64,000 nucleotides of DNA from a virus (Duplodnaviria > Heunggongvirae > Uroviricota > Caudoviricetes), in IMG/VR virus record IMGVR_UViG_3300026382_000001; one strand, 5' to 3'. Positions 19,091 through 28,676 of the stretch are shown piece after piece. Within the stretch, counting starts at the first letter, position 1, and every line of letters begins with the position of its first letter. The notes below the pieces were generated by a model, which saw only the letters and a list, made by a program, of their open reading frames with translations, did not search any database and was not told the origin of the DNA. A program made the position numbers and the translations under genes.

Positions 19091-20563
19091 ATGTGTCAAA
19101 TTATAGTAAAAGAATATACTAAACTTTTCAACGATAGTACCCAAATATTCAAATTTGAAGATGATTATTTAAATAATTTGGATGAGTTTGAAAAACTTTT
19201 AAGTATTAAAGGTGGTAATATTGGGTCAGATGAGGGTTATAGTGTTTTAATAATAATTCAGGGAGTTGATAAATTTAACTCTTCTAGATCACAAAATGTT
19301 TCTTACGATTTTAGTGCCAGTACATTTAAGGAAATTAAAAAAGATATTTTGAAAAATTTTAATAGTTTGTATCGTATTATTAATCCTCATAAAATTGTTT
19401 TCGGATTATTTAGTCGACAGCGTCCAGAAATGGAAGCAGGTGATGTAAATATAAGCCCATATTTTAATAATACCTTAGATAAAATATTTTTCGTACATGG
19501 AACTATTTCGAACGATACTGAAATAGTTAAAGAAATTGGTCAAATTATTACAGTAGATACCGAAATTTTTTCTTTTCTTAAAAAAAAAGATTTTAAAAAA
19601 TTAGAAGGCTTATATAGTTACATTGAAATAGATCAGAATACTTTAGAAGTAAAAATGGTCGATAAAGGTATGGGTAAATATATTGGGTATCATAACGGTA
19701 TTAAAACTTATAGCACTACTAATATTTTTACAAAGAGTGGTAGAAATTTAGCTATGGTTCCAAAAAAGAAAGCTTTAAAGAACAAGACCATTAGTCTTAA
19801 GATAGCTTTTAGTGGAGGAATGGATTCCGTTTTAAACGCGTATAAGATATTTTCTGATTTGGAAAAGAAATTAAATCGTGTCATTATGGATGATAATGAT
19901 TACCAAATAGAAACCGAGTTAACTTATTTTGAGTACGGATGTAACGCTGAAAACGAAGAAATAACTTCAGCTAATAATTTTTTAGATTATTTAAAAGATA
20001 AAAAAATATTTAGAAGTTTAAATATTGATTTATATAGAGAAAATATTTCTGGAATTATAAATAATATTTCTGAAGTAGCTGGAGAAAAATCTAAATTATT
20101 AGATAAAGATGCTGTTGGAGATAAAGCCGAAACCGAAGATACTTTAGCTTATGTACCATTTAGAAATACCTTAATGGCTCAAATTTTAGTAGCTCAATCA
20201 CAGAAAGAATTTGATTATTTGGAAGAGTATCCAAAAGATTATTTAATTATGGTTGGCCTTGGGTTAAATCTTAGTGATGGTCAAGTATATGGTGATAATA
20301 ATATCGCTTGGTTAGAAAGTACTGAGAATATGTTAAAGTACGGTGGTAAACAATTCAATAATGTTAAATTACTTAGTCCATATATTAATCGCACTAAGAT
20401 TAATATGTTAAAAGAATTTAAAAAAGAATTTGGAGAAGATACCCTTCGCGAATTACTTAATATTTCTTTTAGTTGTTATTATCCAGTTAATGGGGAAGCG
20501 TGTGGGGAATGTGGTAGTTGCTTACTTCGAAAAGAAGCGATACATCAAAATATAAAGGATTGA
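19091..20563 (+). CDS. queC: Gat-QueC fusion (class-II glutamine amidotransferase-like domain plus 7-cyano-7-deazaguanine synthase)
   Basis: N-terminal Met-Cys, SRQRPEME, VHGTISND, VDTE (Ntn-Gat-like); AFSGGMDS, YVPFRN, SCY...CGECGSCLLR (QueC). Confidence 0.88.
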   Translation: MCQIIVKEYTKLFNDSTQIFKFEDDYLNNLDEFEKLLSIKGGNIGSDEGYSVLIIIQGVDKFNSSRSQNVSYDFSASTFKEIKKDILKNFNSLYRIINPHKIVFGLFSRQRPEMEAGDVNISPYFNNTLDKIFFVHGTISNDTEIVKEIGQIITVDTEIFSFLKKKDFKKLEGLYSYIEIDQNTLEVKMVDKGMGKYIGYHNGIKTYSTTNIFTKSGRNLAMVPKKKALKNKTISLKIAFSGGMDSVLNAYKIFSDLEKKLNRVIMDDNDYQIETELTYFEYGCNAENEEITSANNFLDYLKDKKIFRSLNIDLYRENISGIINNISEVAGEKSKLLDKDAVGDKAETEDTLAYVPFRNTLMAQILVAQSQKEFDYLEEYPKDYLIMVGLGLNLSDGQVYGDNNIAWLESTENMLKYGGKQFNNVKLLSPYINRTKINMLKEFKKEFGEDTLRELLNISFSCYYPVNGEACGECGSCLLRKEAIHQNIKD

Positions 20564-20564
20564 T

Positions 20565-20978
20565 ATGAGAGAATTAAAAATTCATAAAGTTGGTATTAGA
20601 TTTGGTGATAATGATTTCAGCAAAACTTTTATAGCTTTTTTAAAAGCCGTTGGTTATTATCCAGATTTTAAAGAAGATACTACCGAAGGAATTAAGGACG
20701 CTCTCAATCATATTTATAATCTTTCTATTCTTGGTATGTATATAGCTGGACAAAATAGATTACAATATTCCAATGGATTGTCAATGTCAGAACATTTAGA
20801 GGAAGTTGAAAAGTATTTGGTTAAGGATGAAAAAAATCAAAAGCTTTTTTATATTAATGAAGAAGTGGATGAATTCTTAGAAAAATGCGAAGGAAATGAT
20901 AATGGTGAATTTCATTATGTGGAAATTCTTTTAAATGATTTAGGTGAAGTTCAAGAACCTAAAGTTTATTCAATATAA
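20565..20978 (+). CDS. Hypothetical protein
   Basis: 137-aa ORF with SD. Confidence 0.55.
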   Translation: MRELKIHKVGIRFGDNDFSKTFIAFLKAVGYYPDFKEDTTEGIKDALNHIYNLSILGMYIAGQNRLQYSNGLSMSEHLEEVEKYLVKDEKNQKLFYINEEVDEFLEKCEGNDNGEFHYVEILLNDLGEVQEPKVYSI

Positions 20979-20987
20979 GGAAAATAA

Positions 20988-21251
20988 ATGTGTAAAAAAA
21001 TAAAGACAGATAAGAAGGTAAAAACAAACGAAGATCGTTTATTACGTATACAACAGTTATGTGAAGATCATATTGGATCGGTTAGAAGCGTATCTTTAAA
21101 ACTTAAAGGTACTGCTTGGACATGTACTTTAAAAATGGATCCAGATCAACATTTCGATATTATAGCTAGTACTGATGATGATCCAACAGTGGCTTGTAAA
21201 ATGATTAAGAAACGATTAAAAAAAATAATTAATCGTTACAGCATCGTATAA
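20988..21251 (+). CDS. Hypothetical protein, possibly ribosome-hibernation factor (HPF/RaiA)-like
   Basis: Beta-strand pattern followed by A...DP..A...KKRLKK.I.R helix resembling HPF. Confidence 0.4.
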   Translation: MCKKIKTDKKVKTNEDRLLRIQQLCEDHIGSVRSVSLKLKGTAWTCTLKMDPDQHFDIIASTDDDPTVACKMIKKRLKKIINRYSIV

Positions 21252-21268
21252 TAAATAAAAGGAAAAAA

Positions 21269-21760
21269 ATGTCTAAAAATTTAATTAAAGAAATTAGATT
21301 TCTGTGTAAAGTAAAAAAATTTGATAAAATCAAAGCAAAGGATTATTTTCATAAAGTGGTTTGGTATTTTGATAAATATAAAATTACTAAGATAAATTCT
21401 CATGAGGGCAATCGTTATTATAAAACACTTTCTAAATTTTATGGTAAATCTGTAAAAGAAAATGAGTTCATTGATAAATCGGATGCCTTAAATGCTTTAG
21501 AAACTTGGGATCGTTTATGCGAATTTAAGATGTTTATTTATGCTAAACTTCCAAAAGTAAATGATCGTAAACTTTATTTGGAGCAAATAAAACTCATTCC
21601 AAAAAAAGGAAAAGAGGTTATTTTCTTTAGTACAGAAGCCGAAACAGAAGAACAATTAAAAGATAAAGACCTTTTAAATGAAATCGATGGAGTTAAGGTA
21701 ATTAAAGAACTTGGTGAAGTTTCTTTATATGATATAGCAAAAGAAAAATTATATAAATAA
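21269..21760 (+). CDS. Hypothetical protein, degenerate CYTH-like fold
   Basis: N-terminal EIRFL, YYKTLSK, E.E.I and later E.E pattern. Confidence 0.4.
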   Translation: MSKNLIKEIRFLCKVKKFDKIKAKDYFHKVVWYFDKYKITKINSHEGNRYYKTLSKFYGKSVKENEFIDKSDALNALETWDRLCEFKMFIYAKLPKVNDRKLYLEQIKLIPKKGKEVIFFSTEAETEEQLKDKDLLNEIDGVKVIKELGEVSLYDIAKEKLYK

Positions 21761-21769
21761 GGACAATAA

Positions 21770-21982
21770 ATGTTTCAATTTAGATATTCATTTAAAGAAC
21801 AGGTTCGAGCAGTATTTTCCAATAAGATTAAATATTTAGATATTTGGGTTGGTCGTTTAGAAGACTTTGATAAAATAGAATTTTTCTTCTTTTGGTTAAA
21901 AATTACAATTCAAAAAAATAAAAATAAAAATAAAGAGACCAATCGTAAATGTACTTTTGGTCCAGATGGGAGTTATGTATGA
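21770..21982 (+). CDS. Hypothetical protein
   Basis: SD AAGGA; overlaps next start. Confidence 0.45.
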   Translation: MFQFRYSFKEQVRAVFSNKIKYLDIWVGRLEDFDKIEFFFFWLKITIQKNKNKNKETNRKCTFGPDGSYV

Positions 21983-23010
21983 TAGATAACAGAGCATGGT
22001 TTATGAAATATAAGCCTAATAATATAGAGGAATTAGTATTTCCAAATACCTTAAATGGTAGTCCAGCAAAACCGGAAGATATCAAAGCAATGTTTTCAAA
22101 TGCAGTAACTAATCAATTTATTCCAGGTAACGTGTTAAGCTATGGTCCTGGTGGTTTTGGGAAGAGTTCACTTGCTGATGTACTTGTTAAAAGTATTATC
22201 AAAGAACCAAAAGATTTTCATAGACTTGGTAAAGGTGTTGATGCTGTAGAGGAATTAAAAGCTTGGTTAGTTTCTAAACCTGGTAGAAGTAATCAAAAGA
22301 TTGTTCTTATTGAGGAAGCTGATAAATTAAGTCCACAAGCACAGAATATGCTTAAAGACGGACTTATGGAAAAATATCAAAGTTATGTTTCTTTCATAGC
22401 AAATACAAACCACCCTCATAAATTAGATCCAGCATTAAGAACTCGTTTTAATATGCAGTTAAACTTTAAAGAAATTCAAGCCGAACAAGCATTTTATTAT
22501 ATTATTGGAGTTCTTGATAAAGAAGAAATTCAATATAATAGAGATTATGTTTGGGAATTTGTAAATAAACATATTCAAAAAGGGTTGAGAGTTCTTCTTA
22601 ACAATATTGAAATAAATGTTAAAGATAAAGTACTTATGAATATTGGAGAATTAGAAAGTTCTAGTAATCACGAAGATTATATTTTTGATTTATTAAAATA
22701 TCTTATAGGGTATGCCGAAGCTCAACCAAAAGAAAATCTTGCTAAAATTTTAGAAAATGTTGATAACGATCCACAATTTGCTCAATATTATAAGGCAATT
22801 CTTGATACGACTAAAAGCGATCTTAATTTAGATTACGATTATATTTTTAATATGTTACTAGATGAAAATTTTAGCATAGATATCAAAAACGTTATCATAG
22901 AGAACTATCAAGATATAGATAATAAAAAGTTCCCGAACTTACATTTAGTAAGTACTATTGGAAAACTTTTATTAAATATTTATCAACGTAAGGGAGGTAT
23001 TCCGGAATAA
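21979..23010 (+). CDS. Clamp-loader (RFC / T4 gp44-like) AAA+ subunit
   Basis: WFMKYKP, Walker A GPGGFGKS, Walker B LIEEAD, LRTR; start set to 21979. Confidence 0.88.
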   Translation: MIDNRAWFMKYKPNNIEELVFPNTLNGSPAKPEDIKAMFSNAVTNQFIPGNVLSYGPGGFGKSSLADVLVKSIIKEPKDFHRLGKGVDAVEELKAWLVSKPGRSNQKIVLIEEADKLSPQAQNMLKDGLMEKYQSYVSFIANTNHPHKLDPALRTRFNMQLNFKEIQAEQAFYYIIGVLDKEEIQYNRDYVWEFVNKHIQKGLRVLLNNIEINVKDKVLMNIGELESSSNHEDYIFDLLKYLIGYAEAQPKENLAKILENVDNDPQFAQYYKAILDTTKSDLNLDYDYIFNMLLDENFSIDIKNVIIENYQDIDNKKFPNLHLVSTIGKLLLNIYQRKGGIPE

Positions 23011-23023
23011 GTTCCGGAATCAT

Positions 23024-23037
23024 TTCCTGTCGTTAAA
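23024..23037 (+). promoter_or_regulatory. TTCCTGTCGTTAAA motif, copy 2
   Basis: Follows TTCCGGAA-TAAG-TTCCGGAA hairpin. Confidence 0.5.
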
Positions 23038-23056
23038 AAGAGGTAAAAGAGACGAT

Positions 23057-23467
23057 ATGAGAAGAAAAATAAAAAATGAAATAGATTTTATTTTAAATAG
23101 CTCTAAAAAAAATAATATAGTGTTTATGGAATTTATTGATTTATACCCAGAATTAAAAATGGAAGAATTTGAAAAATTCTTCAATGTTTATAAAAATAGA
23201 AACTATAAATATACAGAACATTTAAAAACCGATGTCGGAGCAATTTTTGATTTTTTCAGACGTGCTGAAACGAATAAAATTTTTAATATACAAAGATTTT
23301 TTAATATAGATACGAATGATTGGGATGATTCTGATTATGGGGAGTATTTTTTTAATCTCAGACACAATTGGAATAGTGTTTATGATAAAATTGGTGCTAA
23401 AAATATAAACTTATTTTGCAATATAAAAGATGTTCCAAAAATAAAAATTAAATTCGAAGGAGAATAG
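23057..23467 (+). CDS. Hypothetical protein with C-terminal KIKIKFEGE tag
   Basis: Shared C-terminal motif. Confidence 0.65.
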   Translation: MRRKIKNEIDFILNSSKKNNIVFMEFIDLYPELKMEEFEKFFNVYKNRNYKYTEHLKTDVGAIFDFFRRAETNKIFNIQRFFNIDTNDWDDSDYGEYFFNLRHNWNSVYDKIGAKNINLFCNIKDVPKIKIKFEGE

Positions 23468-23674
23468 ATGTGTTTTTTTACAGAACGTTTTGGTATTTAT
23501 TTAAGTAGATGGCTACTCAGTGCATTCGTAATGATGATACCATTAGTATTAATAAATAAATATAGTTTAACCAAAAAGTTTGGAAAATATAAAGAATATA
23601 TTGATTTGGTAATAGTTTCTATTATAGGAGCTTTTATATTTTACAACATCGATCAATACATATTTAAACATTAA
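23468..23674 (+). CDS. Small two-TM membrane protein
   Basis: Two hydrophobic helices. Confidence 0.6.
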   Translation: MCFFTERFGIYLSRWLLSAFVMMIPLVLINKYSLTKKFGKYKEYIDLVIVSIIGAFIFYNIDQYIFKH

Positions 23675-23693
23675 AATAAAAAAGGAAAAAGCC

Positions 23694-23900
23694 GTGTTAA
23701 AGAAAAAAATAAATGAAAGTATAGATAAAGCAGAGGAAATGTTCAATTCTATTATTAAAGATATTGAAGAAAATAAACCAGAAATTTATTTAAAATTAGT
23801 AAGTCAAAATAGACATACTTATAGACCAGTATGGCGAGATGAAGTAATGGTTAACCGATCTCACGAAAAGGTTCTAGTTAAATTATTAAACTGGAAATAA
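23694..23900 (+). CDS. Hypothetical protein
   Basis: SD AAGGA, GTG start. Confidence 0.5.
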   Translation: MLKKKINESIDKAEEMFNSIIKDIEENKPEIYLKLVSQNRHTYRPVWRDEVMVNRSHEKVLVKLLNWK

Positions 23901-23952
23901 AGTAAAGATATAAATAAATAAAGAAAAGTTTAAGAATAAAATATTGCACATT

Positions 23953-23994
23953 TACTTTAAAATAACTATATATGTGTATAGATATCTTATAATC
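23953..23994 (+). promoter_or_regulatory. Putative phage promoter, second copy of the 42-bp bipartite motif
   Basis: Matches 16355..16396 except the N6 spacer. Confidence 0.65.
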
Positions 23995-24000
23995 AGAAAA

Positions 24001-24220
24001 GATACAATAAGATGAAAGAAGCTTATTATATCGGGTTACCGGTCAGGCATAGAGCAGTATGGCAGGTGGTATTAGGATTAATACATTATCAATAGTATAT
24101 TGGTACAAGGGATTGTACTAGCGTAAAAGCAAGATATACAATAGATTGATAATGGGATTAATACTTAGTACTACTTGGCTTACTACCTCGAAGCAAGGCG
24201 CGGGACCATTTTATGCTTAC
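24001..24220 (+). ncRNA. Candidate structured ncRNA of unknown class
   Basis: Locally GC-richer with no SD-led ORF; nested stems CAGGTGGTATTAGG/CTTAGTACTACTTG (several G-U pairs), CATTATCAAT/ATTGATAATG, TGGTACAA-GGGA-TTGTACTA (GNRA loop), AGGCATAG/TTATGCTT. Confidence 0.6.
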
Positions 24221-24242
24221 TTAAATTAAAAAAGGAAAATAA

Positions 24243-24614
24243 ATGAATTTAGAAAAACCATACTTAAATGAAGAAATTTGTTTTTTAGAATGGTTAATTA
24301 TTTTTTCTGAAAAAACAGAAGGATACGAATTAGCTTATAAAAATTTTTTACATAATATTTCTTTATTATCCTCATATAAAAAAAAGAGATTATATAATAA
24401 AAATTTACACCCAACCCAATATATAAATTTACATGCTCATTGGAGTAAAACTCAGGAAGGATATAATTATTGGAAAATAGTAAATGATGAATGGAAAACT
24501 GTTTTATACGATATTGAAAATTATGAAGATCACCCGGAATATAACGTAAAAAAAATATTCTTTAATCATTTACCAAATACTAAAAAATTAAAAGTTAAAT
24601 TCGAAGGAGATTAG
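24243..24614 (+). CDS. Paralogous family protein (WxxTxEGYxYW) with KLKVKFEGD tail
   Basis: FLEWL...WSKTQEGYNYWKIVNDEW. Confidence 0.7.
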   Translation: MNLEKPYLNEEICFLEWLIIFSEKTEGYELAYKNFLHNISLLSSYKKKRLYNKNLHPTQYINLHAHWSKTQEGYNYWKIVNDEWKTVLYDIENYEDHPEYNVKKIFFNHLPNTKKLKVKFEGD

Positions 24615-24953
24615 GTGAGAGTAAATATAATAGAATGGTTAACTGATAAGTATAATTTTAATATTAATTTATTAAAAAAAGAAATAAAATTTTCACATAT
24701 GCATAAAAATCTTGGCAATTATTCCAATAAAAAAAATTGTTCTGAGATTAATGGTCTAACGAGAAATAAGAACATAATTGACAGATTGTTTATATGGAAT
24801 CATTCTGATAAAACGTTTTCTAGTAAATTTTTTATTATTGATCAAGATTGGAGATGTTTTTCTGAAATTAATAAATTGTTAGATGAGGATGTATATTACG
24901 ATTTTAATTTTTTTAAAAAAGAAAAATTAAAAATCAAATTCGAAGGGAATTAA
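24615..24953 (+). CDS. Paralogous family protein with KLKIKFEGN tail
   Basis: IIEWL...FIW...F..IDQDW. Confidence 0.65.
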   Translation: MRVNIIEWLTDKYNFNINLLKKEIKFSHMHKNLGNYSNKKNCSEINGLTRNKNIIDRLFIWNHSDKTFSSKFFIIDQDWRCFSEINKLLDEDVYYDFNFFKKEKLKIKFEGN

Positions 24954-25159
24954 ATAACTATTCATAGTGTCAACTAACCTACTATAGCCAGTTATTTCAA
25001 AAAGACAAAAAATTTTAAAACCTAAAATTTAAGAAATAGTTAAATTTTCAATCCTTTATAACACCGGAAAATAGGGGACTTGGTTTTTGATTTTAAGTTT
25101 ATTTTAAAATCTGTTAGCTAGAGATTTTAAAAACAAACAACTATTAATAGTTAACTATT
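24952..25159 (-). repeat. 208-bp inverted repeat, copy B
   Basis: Reverse complement of 12952..13159. Confidence 0.95.
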
Positions 25160-25210
25160 GATAGTTGTTTGAAATAAAAAGATATTAAATTTGATAAATA
25201 AAGGAAAATT

Positions 25211-25555
25211 ATGAAAAGAAAAATAATAACATTATACGAATGGTTAATACAAAATTATTCGTATGATATAGCCAAAAGATTTACTTCGAATTTAAAGTAT
25301 CGTAACTTTTGTTCCAAACTAGACATACCAGGTGGTGATAGTGTGGAATATATTAATTATTCTTTTGAGTGGGAAAGTACTCCAGAAGGCTATAATTTTT
25401 GGTCGTATGTTAATGAATCGTGGCTGAATTATATTAGTAGTTTAGAACGCTTAAAATTAGTTTTAGGAGTTAATTATGAAATTAGTTATGGTAAATTACC
25501 ATTAAATAAAGAAACTAGTGGTTTAAATAATATAACCACTATTGTATTTAATTAA
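25211..25555 (+). CDS. Paralogous family protein (WxxTxEGYxFW)
   Basis: LYEWL...FEWESTPEGYNFWSYVNESW. Confidence 0.7.
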   Translation: MKRKIITLYEWLIQNYSYDIAKRFTSNLKYRNFCSKLDIPGGDSVEYINYSFEWESTPEGYNFWSYVNESWLNYISSLERLKLVLGVNYEISYGKLPLNKETSGLNNITTIVFN

Positions 25556-25572
25556 ATAAAAAAGGAAATAAA

Positions 25573-26301
25573 ATGTCTGAAAAAAAATATATATTTGTAC
25601 TCCCAAGAGAAGTAGAAGATGGTTTAATGAAATTTGAGGAAGTAACTTTTAAAGGTATTGTTTATCAACAAAAATATTTAGAAATTACTAATTCTAGAAT
25701 TGATCATGATTCGATGATGGAACTCCTTCGAAAAGGATATCCAGAGGACTGTTTTGAAGAATTTTTAGACCCAAAGGAAAAATTCAAAAAAAAAATTACT
25801 AAGTATGTTAATAATATTTTTGAAGCTCAAGAAACATACAAAAATATTATTATAAAAGTGTTTGGTAATAATAAAGAATTTTATTTACTTTATGATAAAA
25901 AAGATAAAGTTTTTTACAAGTATACTAATCTTAATCCAGTCCGAACCGGATTAGGTACTGGAAATGAAGAGGGATATCTATACAATTTTTTAAATAATCA
26001 GTATAATATTTTTGGTGAACATTTAGATATTAATGTATTTATACAACCAAAAGAAAATATGAAATTAATATTTACGAAAAAATATAAGTATTATATTACT
26101 TCTAAAAAATGCGTTTGTAAAACAACTGGTTCTGGGGCTGGACAAATTACCGGTTGGATTGATAAATTATCCGATGATAATAAATCAATTAATAAAAAAT
26201 ATAAAAAAATTGATTCGGTTAGATGTATAATTCCGGAAGTTATTAAAGAATTAACTACTGAGAAACATCCAATTAATCATTTAATTAAATCGGAGTATTA
26301 A
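25573..26301 (+). CDS. Hypothetical protein
   Basis: 242-aa ORF with SD. Confidence 0.6.
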   Translation: MSEKKYIFVLPREVEDGLMKFEEVTFKGIVYQQKYLEITNSRIDHDSMMELLRKGYPEDCFEEFLDPKEKFKKKITKYVNNIFEAQETYKNIIIKVFGNNKEFYLLYDKKDKVFYKYTNLNPVRTGLGTGNEEGYLYNFLNNQYNIFGEHLDINVFIQPKENMKLIFTKKYKYYITSKKCVCKTTGSGAGQITGWIDKLSDDNKSINKKYKKIDSVRCIIPEVIKELTTEKHPINHLIKSEY

Positions 26302-26302
26302 G

Positions 26303-27124
26303 ATGCTAGAAAGAAAAGATTTAGAAATATTAAAAGAGATTAATGGAAATACTCGTATAATATCGGATACTCATTTTTTTCATGATAGAGTTTTTCTTTT
26401 TGAAAGATCTAGATTAGATTTAGTTCTCGAACATCCAGAACTTCCAGAAAAGTTTATTAAAGTAATAAAAGATTTCTTGTATCAGGATACAGGAAGAACT
26501 CATAAAAAGTTAGAAAATATTTCTAAAGAATTAATTGAATATCATAATGATATGATAATTAGAAAATGGAATGATGTAATTAAAGACGAGGATCTTATTA
26601 TATGTATGGGTGATTTTGCCTGGAAAGGTATCCAGGAAATTATACCAAAACTTAATGGTAAAAAAATATTAATTCTGGGTAATCATGATAGAAGTGGTTC
26701 AAATTCTTATCCAAATTTTACTGTAATTCGGGGACTGGTTAAAGTTCTATTTTTAGAAAATGGTAAAATGATTATAAGAGAAGTTCCTGGAAAAGATAAA
26801 GACGATTTATTCAGCACTTTAATTATTAATAATTCTATATTTAGTCATTATCCAATTTCGGAGTACGAAAAAGAAGTTTCTAGACGAGGAAAAAATGAAA
26901 ATATAAATCTAAGAATCGATAAGTTAATTCATATTGTAAATAATGATAATACTATTAAATTTAATTTTCATGGTCATACACATTCTAGAAATATAAATCC
27001 GTTTGGAGAAAAATTTAATTTGAAATATTTTAATTGTTCATGTGAAAGAGTAAATTTTACTCCTAAAAAATTATCGGATTTTTTTATAGATAAAGACGAT
27101 TTAGAAATATTCGAAGGAAATTAA
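26303..27124 (+). CDS. Calcineurin-like metallophosphoesterase
   Basis: SDTHF, MGDF, GNHD, SHYP, HGHTH. Confidence 0.9.
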   Translation: MLERKDLEILKEINGNTRIISDTHFFHDRVFLFERSRLDLVLEHPELPEKFIKVIKDFLYQDTGRTHKKLENISKELIEYHNDMIIRKWNDVIKDEDLIICMGDFAWKGIQEIIPKLNGKKILILGNHDRSGSNSYPNFTVIRGLVKVLFLENGKMIIREVPGKDKDDLFSTLIINNSIFSHYPISEYEKEVSRRGKNENINLRIDKLIHIVNNDNTIKFNFHGHTHSRNINPFGEKFNLKYFNCSCERVNFTPKKLSDFFIDKDDLEIFEGN

Positions 27125-27125
27125 T

Positions 27126-27506
27126 ATGGGAATTGTGAAAATATTTGTATATGGTTCTTTAAAAAATAATTTTGAAAATAATGATATTTTAAAGAAAATT
27201 GGTACATATAAGACAAAGGCTAAAACAGTTAAAAAATTTCCAATGGTTATTAATGATAAAAATGGTTTTGTAAAATTTCCATATTTACTAGATCAGGAAA
27301 ACACTGGTTTATTTATTAATGGAGAAGTTTGGGAAATTCATCATACTAAATTAAAAGTATTGGATGATTTTGAATCTGAATTATTTAAACGTGGTATAAT
27401 AAGCGTTATAGATGAAAATGATAAAATATATACAACACAAGTATATTTTAAGAACAAAATTATCGATTTTAAATATGAGGATTTAATTTATGAATGGACA
27501 GAATAA
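27126..27506 (+). CDS. Gamma-glutamylcyclotransferase (AIG2-like)
   Basis: FVYGSLK, GEVW, LDDFE. Confidence 0.85.
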   Translation: MGIVKIFVYGSLKNNFENNDILKKIGTYKTKAKTVKKFPMVINDKNGFVKFPYLLDQENTGLFINGEVWEIHHTKLKVLDDFESELFKRGIISVIDENDKIYTTQVYFKNKIIDFKYEDLIYEWTE

Positions 27507-27521
27507 AAAAAAGGAAGAAAA

Positions 27522-27923
27522 ATGTTAAAAGCACATGAGTTAATGTCTGGTAATGTTGATCATAATATGAGCGTAATCAAACTTATAAAATCTCGTAATT
27601 TTGATCAGGAAAGTAAACAGCTAATTATTAAAAGTTCCGGTACTACTATGAAAAAGAAGTACGGTGGGCCACAATTATATACTGTTAAAGTAGAGGGTCG
27701 AAATGGCGTACCAATAATTACACCAGATACCGAAGTACGGGTGTATTGCAATTGCCATGATTTTATTTTTAGAAGAGCGTATTGTTTAAATCAAGAAGGT
27801 TCTTTATTTATACCAGAAGGATTTGTAGACGCTCCACCAGAAACTACTAATCCAGATTGCCATAAAAAATATTGTAAACATATATCAGCAGCTTTAAAGT
27901 ATCTTATCCAAACAGGTAGATAG
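27522..27923 (+). CDS. SWIM zinc-finger protein
   Basis: CNCHDF...CKH. Confidence 0.75.
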   Translation: MLKAHELMSGNVDHNMSVIKLIKSRNFDQESKQLIIKSSGTTMKKKYGGPQLYTVKVEGRNGVPIITPDTEVRVYCNCHDFIFRRAYCLNQEGSLFIPEGFVDAPPETTNPDCHKKYCKHISAALKYLIQTGR

Positions 27924-28676
27924 ATGATCAACGTGGATGGAGATTTACGAGGCCTAGTTGGAGAAAGAGAACACACGAACAATTTAAATGAATGGAAATT
28001 AAACTATAAATATAACCAAGTTAAAAAATGGTTTGCTTTAAGTTTCCCGACCTTTATAAAAATTTTTTCATTATTTAAATTATCATTTGTATATATAGCA
28101 GATTTTTTAAAATTATATCCACTATATATTTATTATAAATATTTTAAATATGGAATATTTCCAATATTTTATAAACCTTCGGGTGCCTTTAAGTATATTC
28201 ATTTTTTCAAAGTTTTTCGAAATATATTTAAACTTAATCCGGTGCCAAGAGACGACTGGTTATTTTATACTCATTCTAATATTTATTTTTTTAAGATAGA
28301 ATGGAATAATTTATCTAGATTAAACCAAATATCAATATTGTTGAATTATAATATAAGAAAAAAATTTAAAAATGAATTAATAGAAGACTATAAATATTTT
28401 CTTCATCGAGAAGATGGTCCAGCTAAAATTTCAAAAAAATTTTGTAAAATCTGGGCAATATTTGGAGAATATCACCGAGAAGATGGTCCAGCCGTCGAAT
28501 GTAAATATCTAGGTTACCGCCAGTATTTTGTGCATGATAAATTGCACCGAGAAGATGGACCAGCATTGGAATATACAAACAATGTAAAAAAAAATCAATA
28601 TTGGATAAATGGAAAAAAATTAAACAAAAGAGAATTTATATCAAAAACATTTAAATTAAATATTAAATTCGATTAA
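27924..28676 (+). CDS. HREDGPA-repeat protein with KLNIKFD tail
   Basis: Three HREDGPA repeats; YWINGK. Confidence 0.7.
   Translation: MINVDGDLRGLVGEREHTNNLNEWKLNYKYNQVKKWFALSFPTFIKIFSLFKLSFVYIADFLKLYPLYIYYKYFKYGIFPIFYKPSGAFKYIHFFKVFRNIFKLNPVPRDDWLFYTHSNIYFFKIEWNNLSRLNQISILLNYNIRKKFKNELIEDYKYFLHREDGPAKISKKFCKIWAIFGEYHREDGPAVECKYLGYRQYFVHDKLHREDGPALEYTNNVKKNQYWINGKKLNKREFISKTFKLNIKFD

Noticed and set aside
24001-24220. tRNA, tmRNA, hammerhead or known riboswitch
   Set aside because: No cloverleaf with TTCG T-arm, no CUGANGA/GAAA core, and no riboswitch consensus I recognise; no tRNA or rRNA genes were seen in the window
12952-25159. Exact 12,000-bp offset between the inverted-repeat copies
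   Set aside because: A round number in window coordinates with no biological meaning that I can infer
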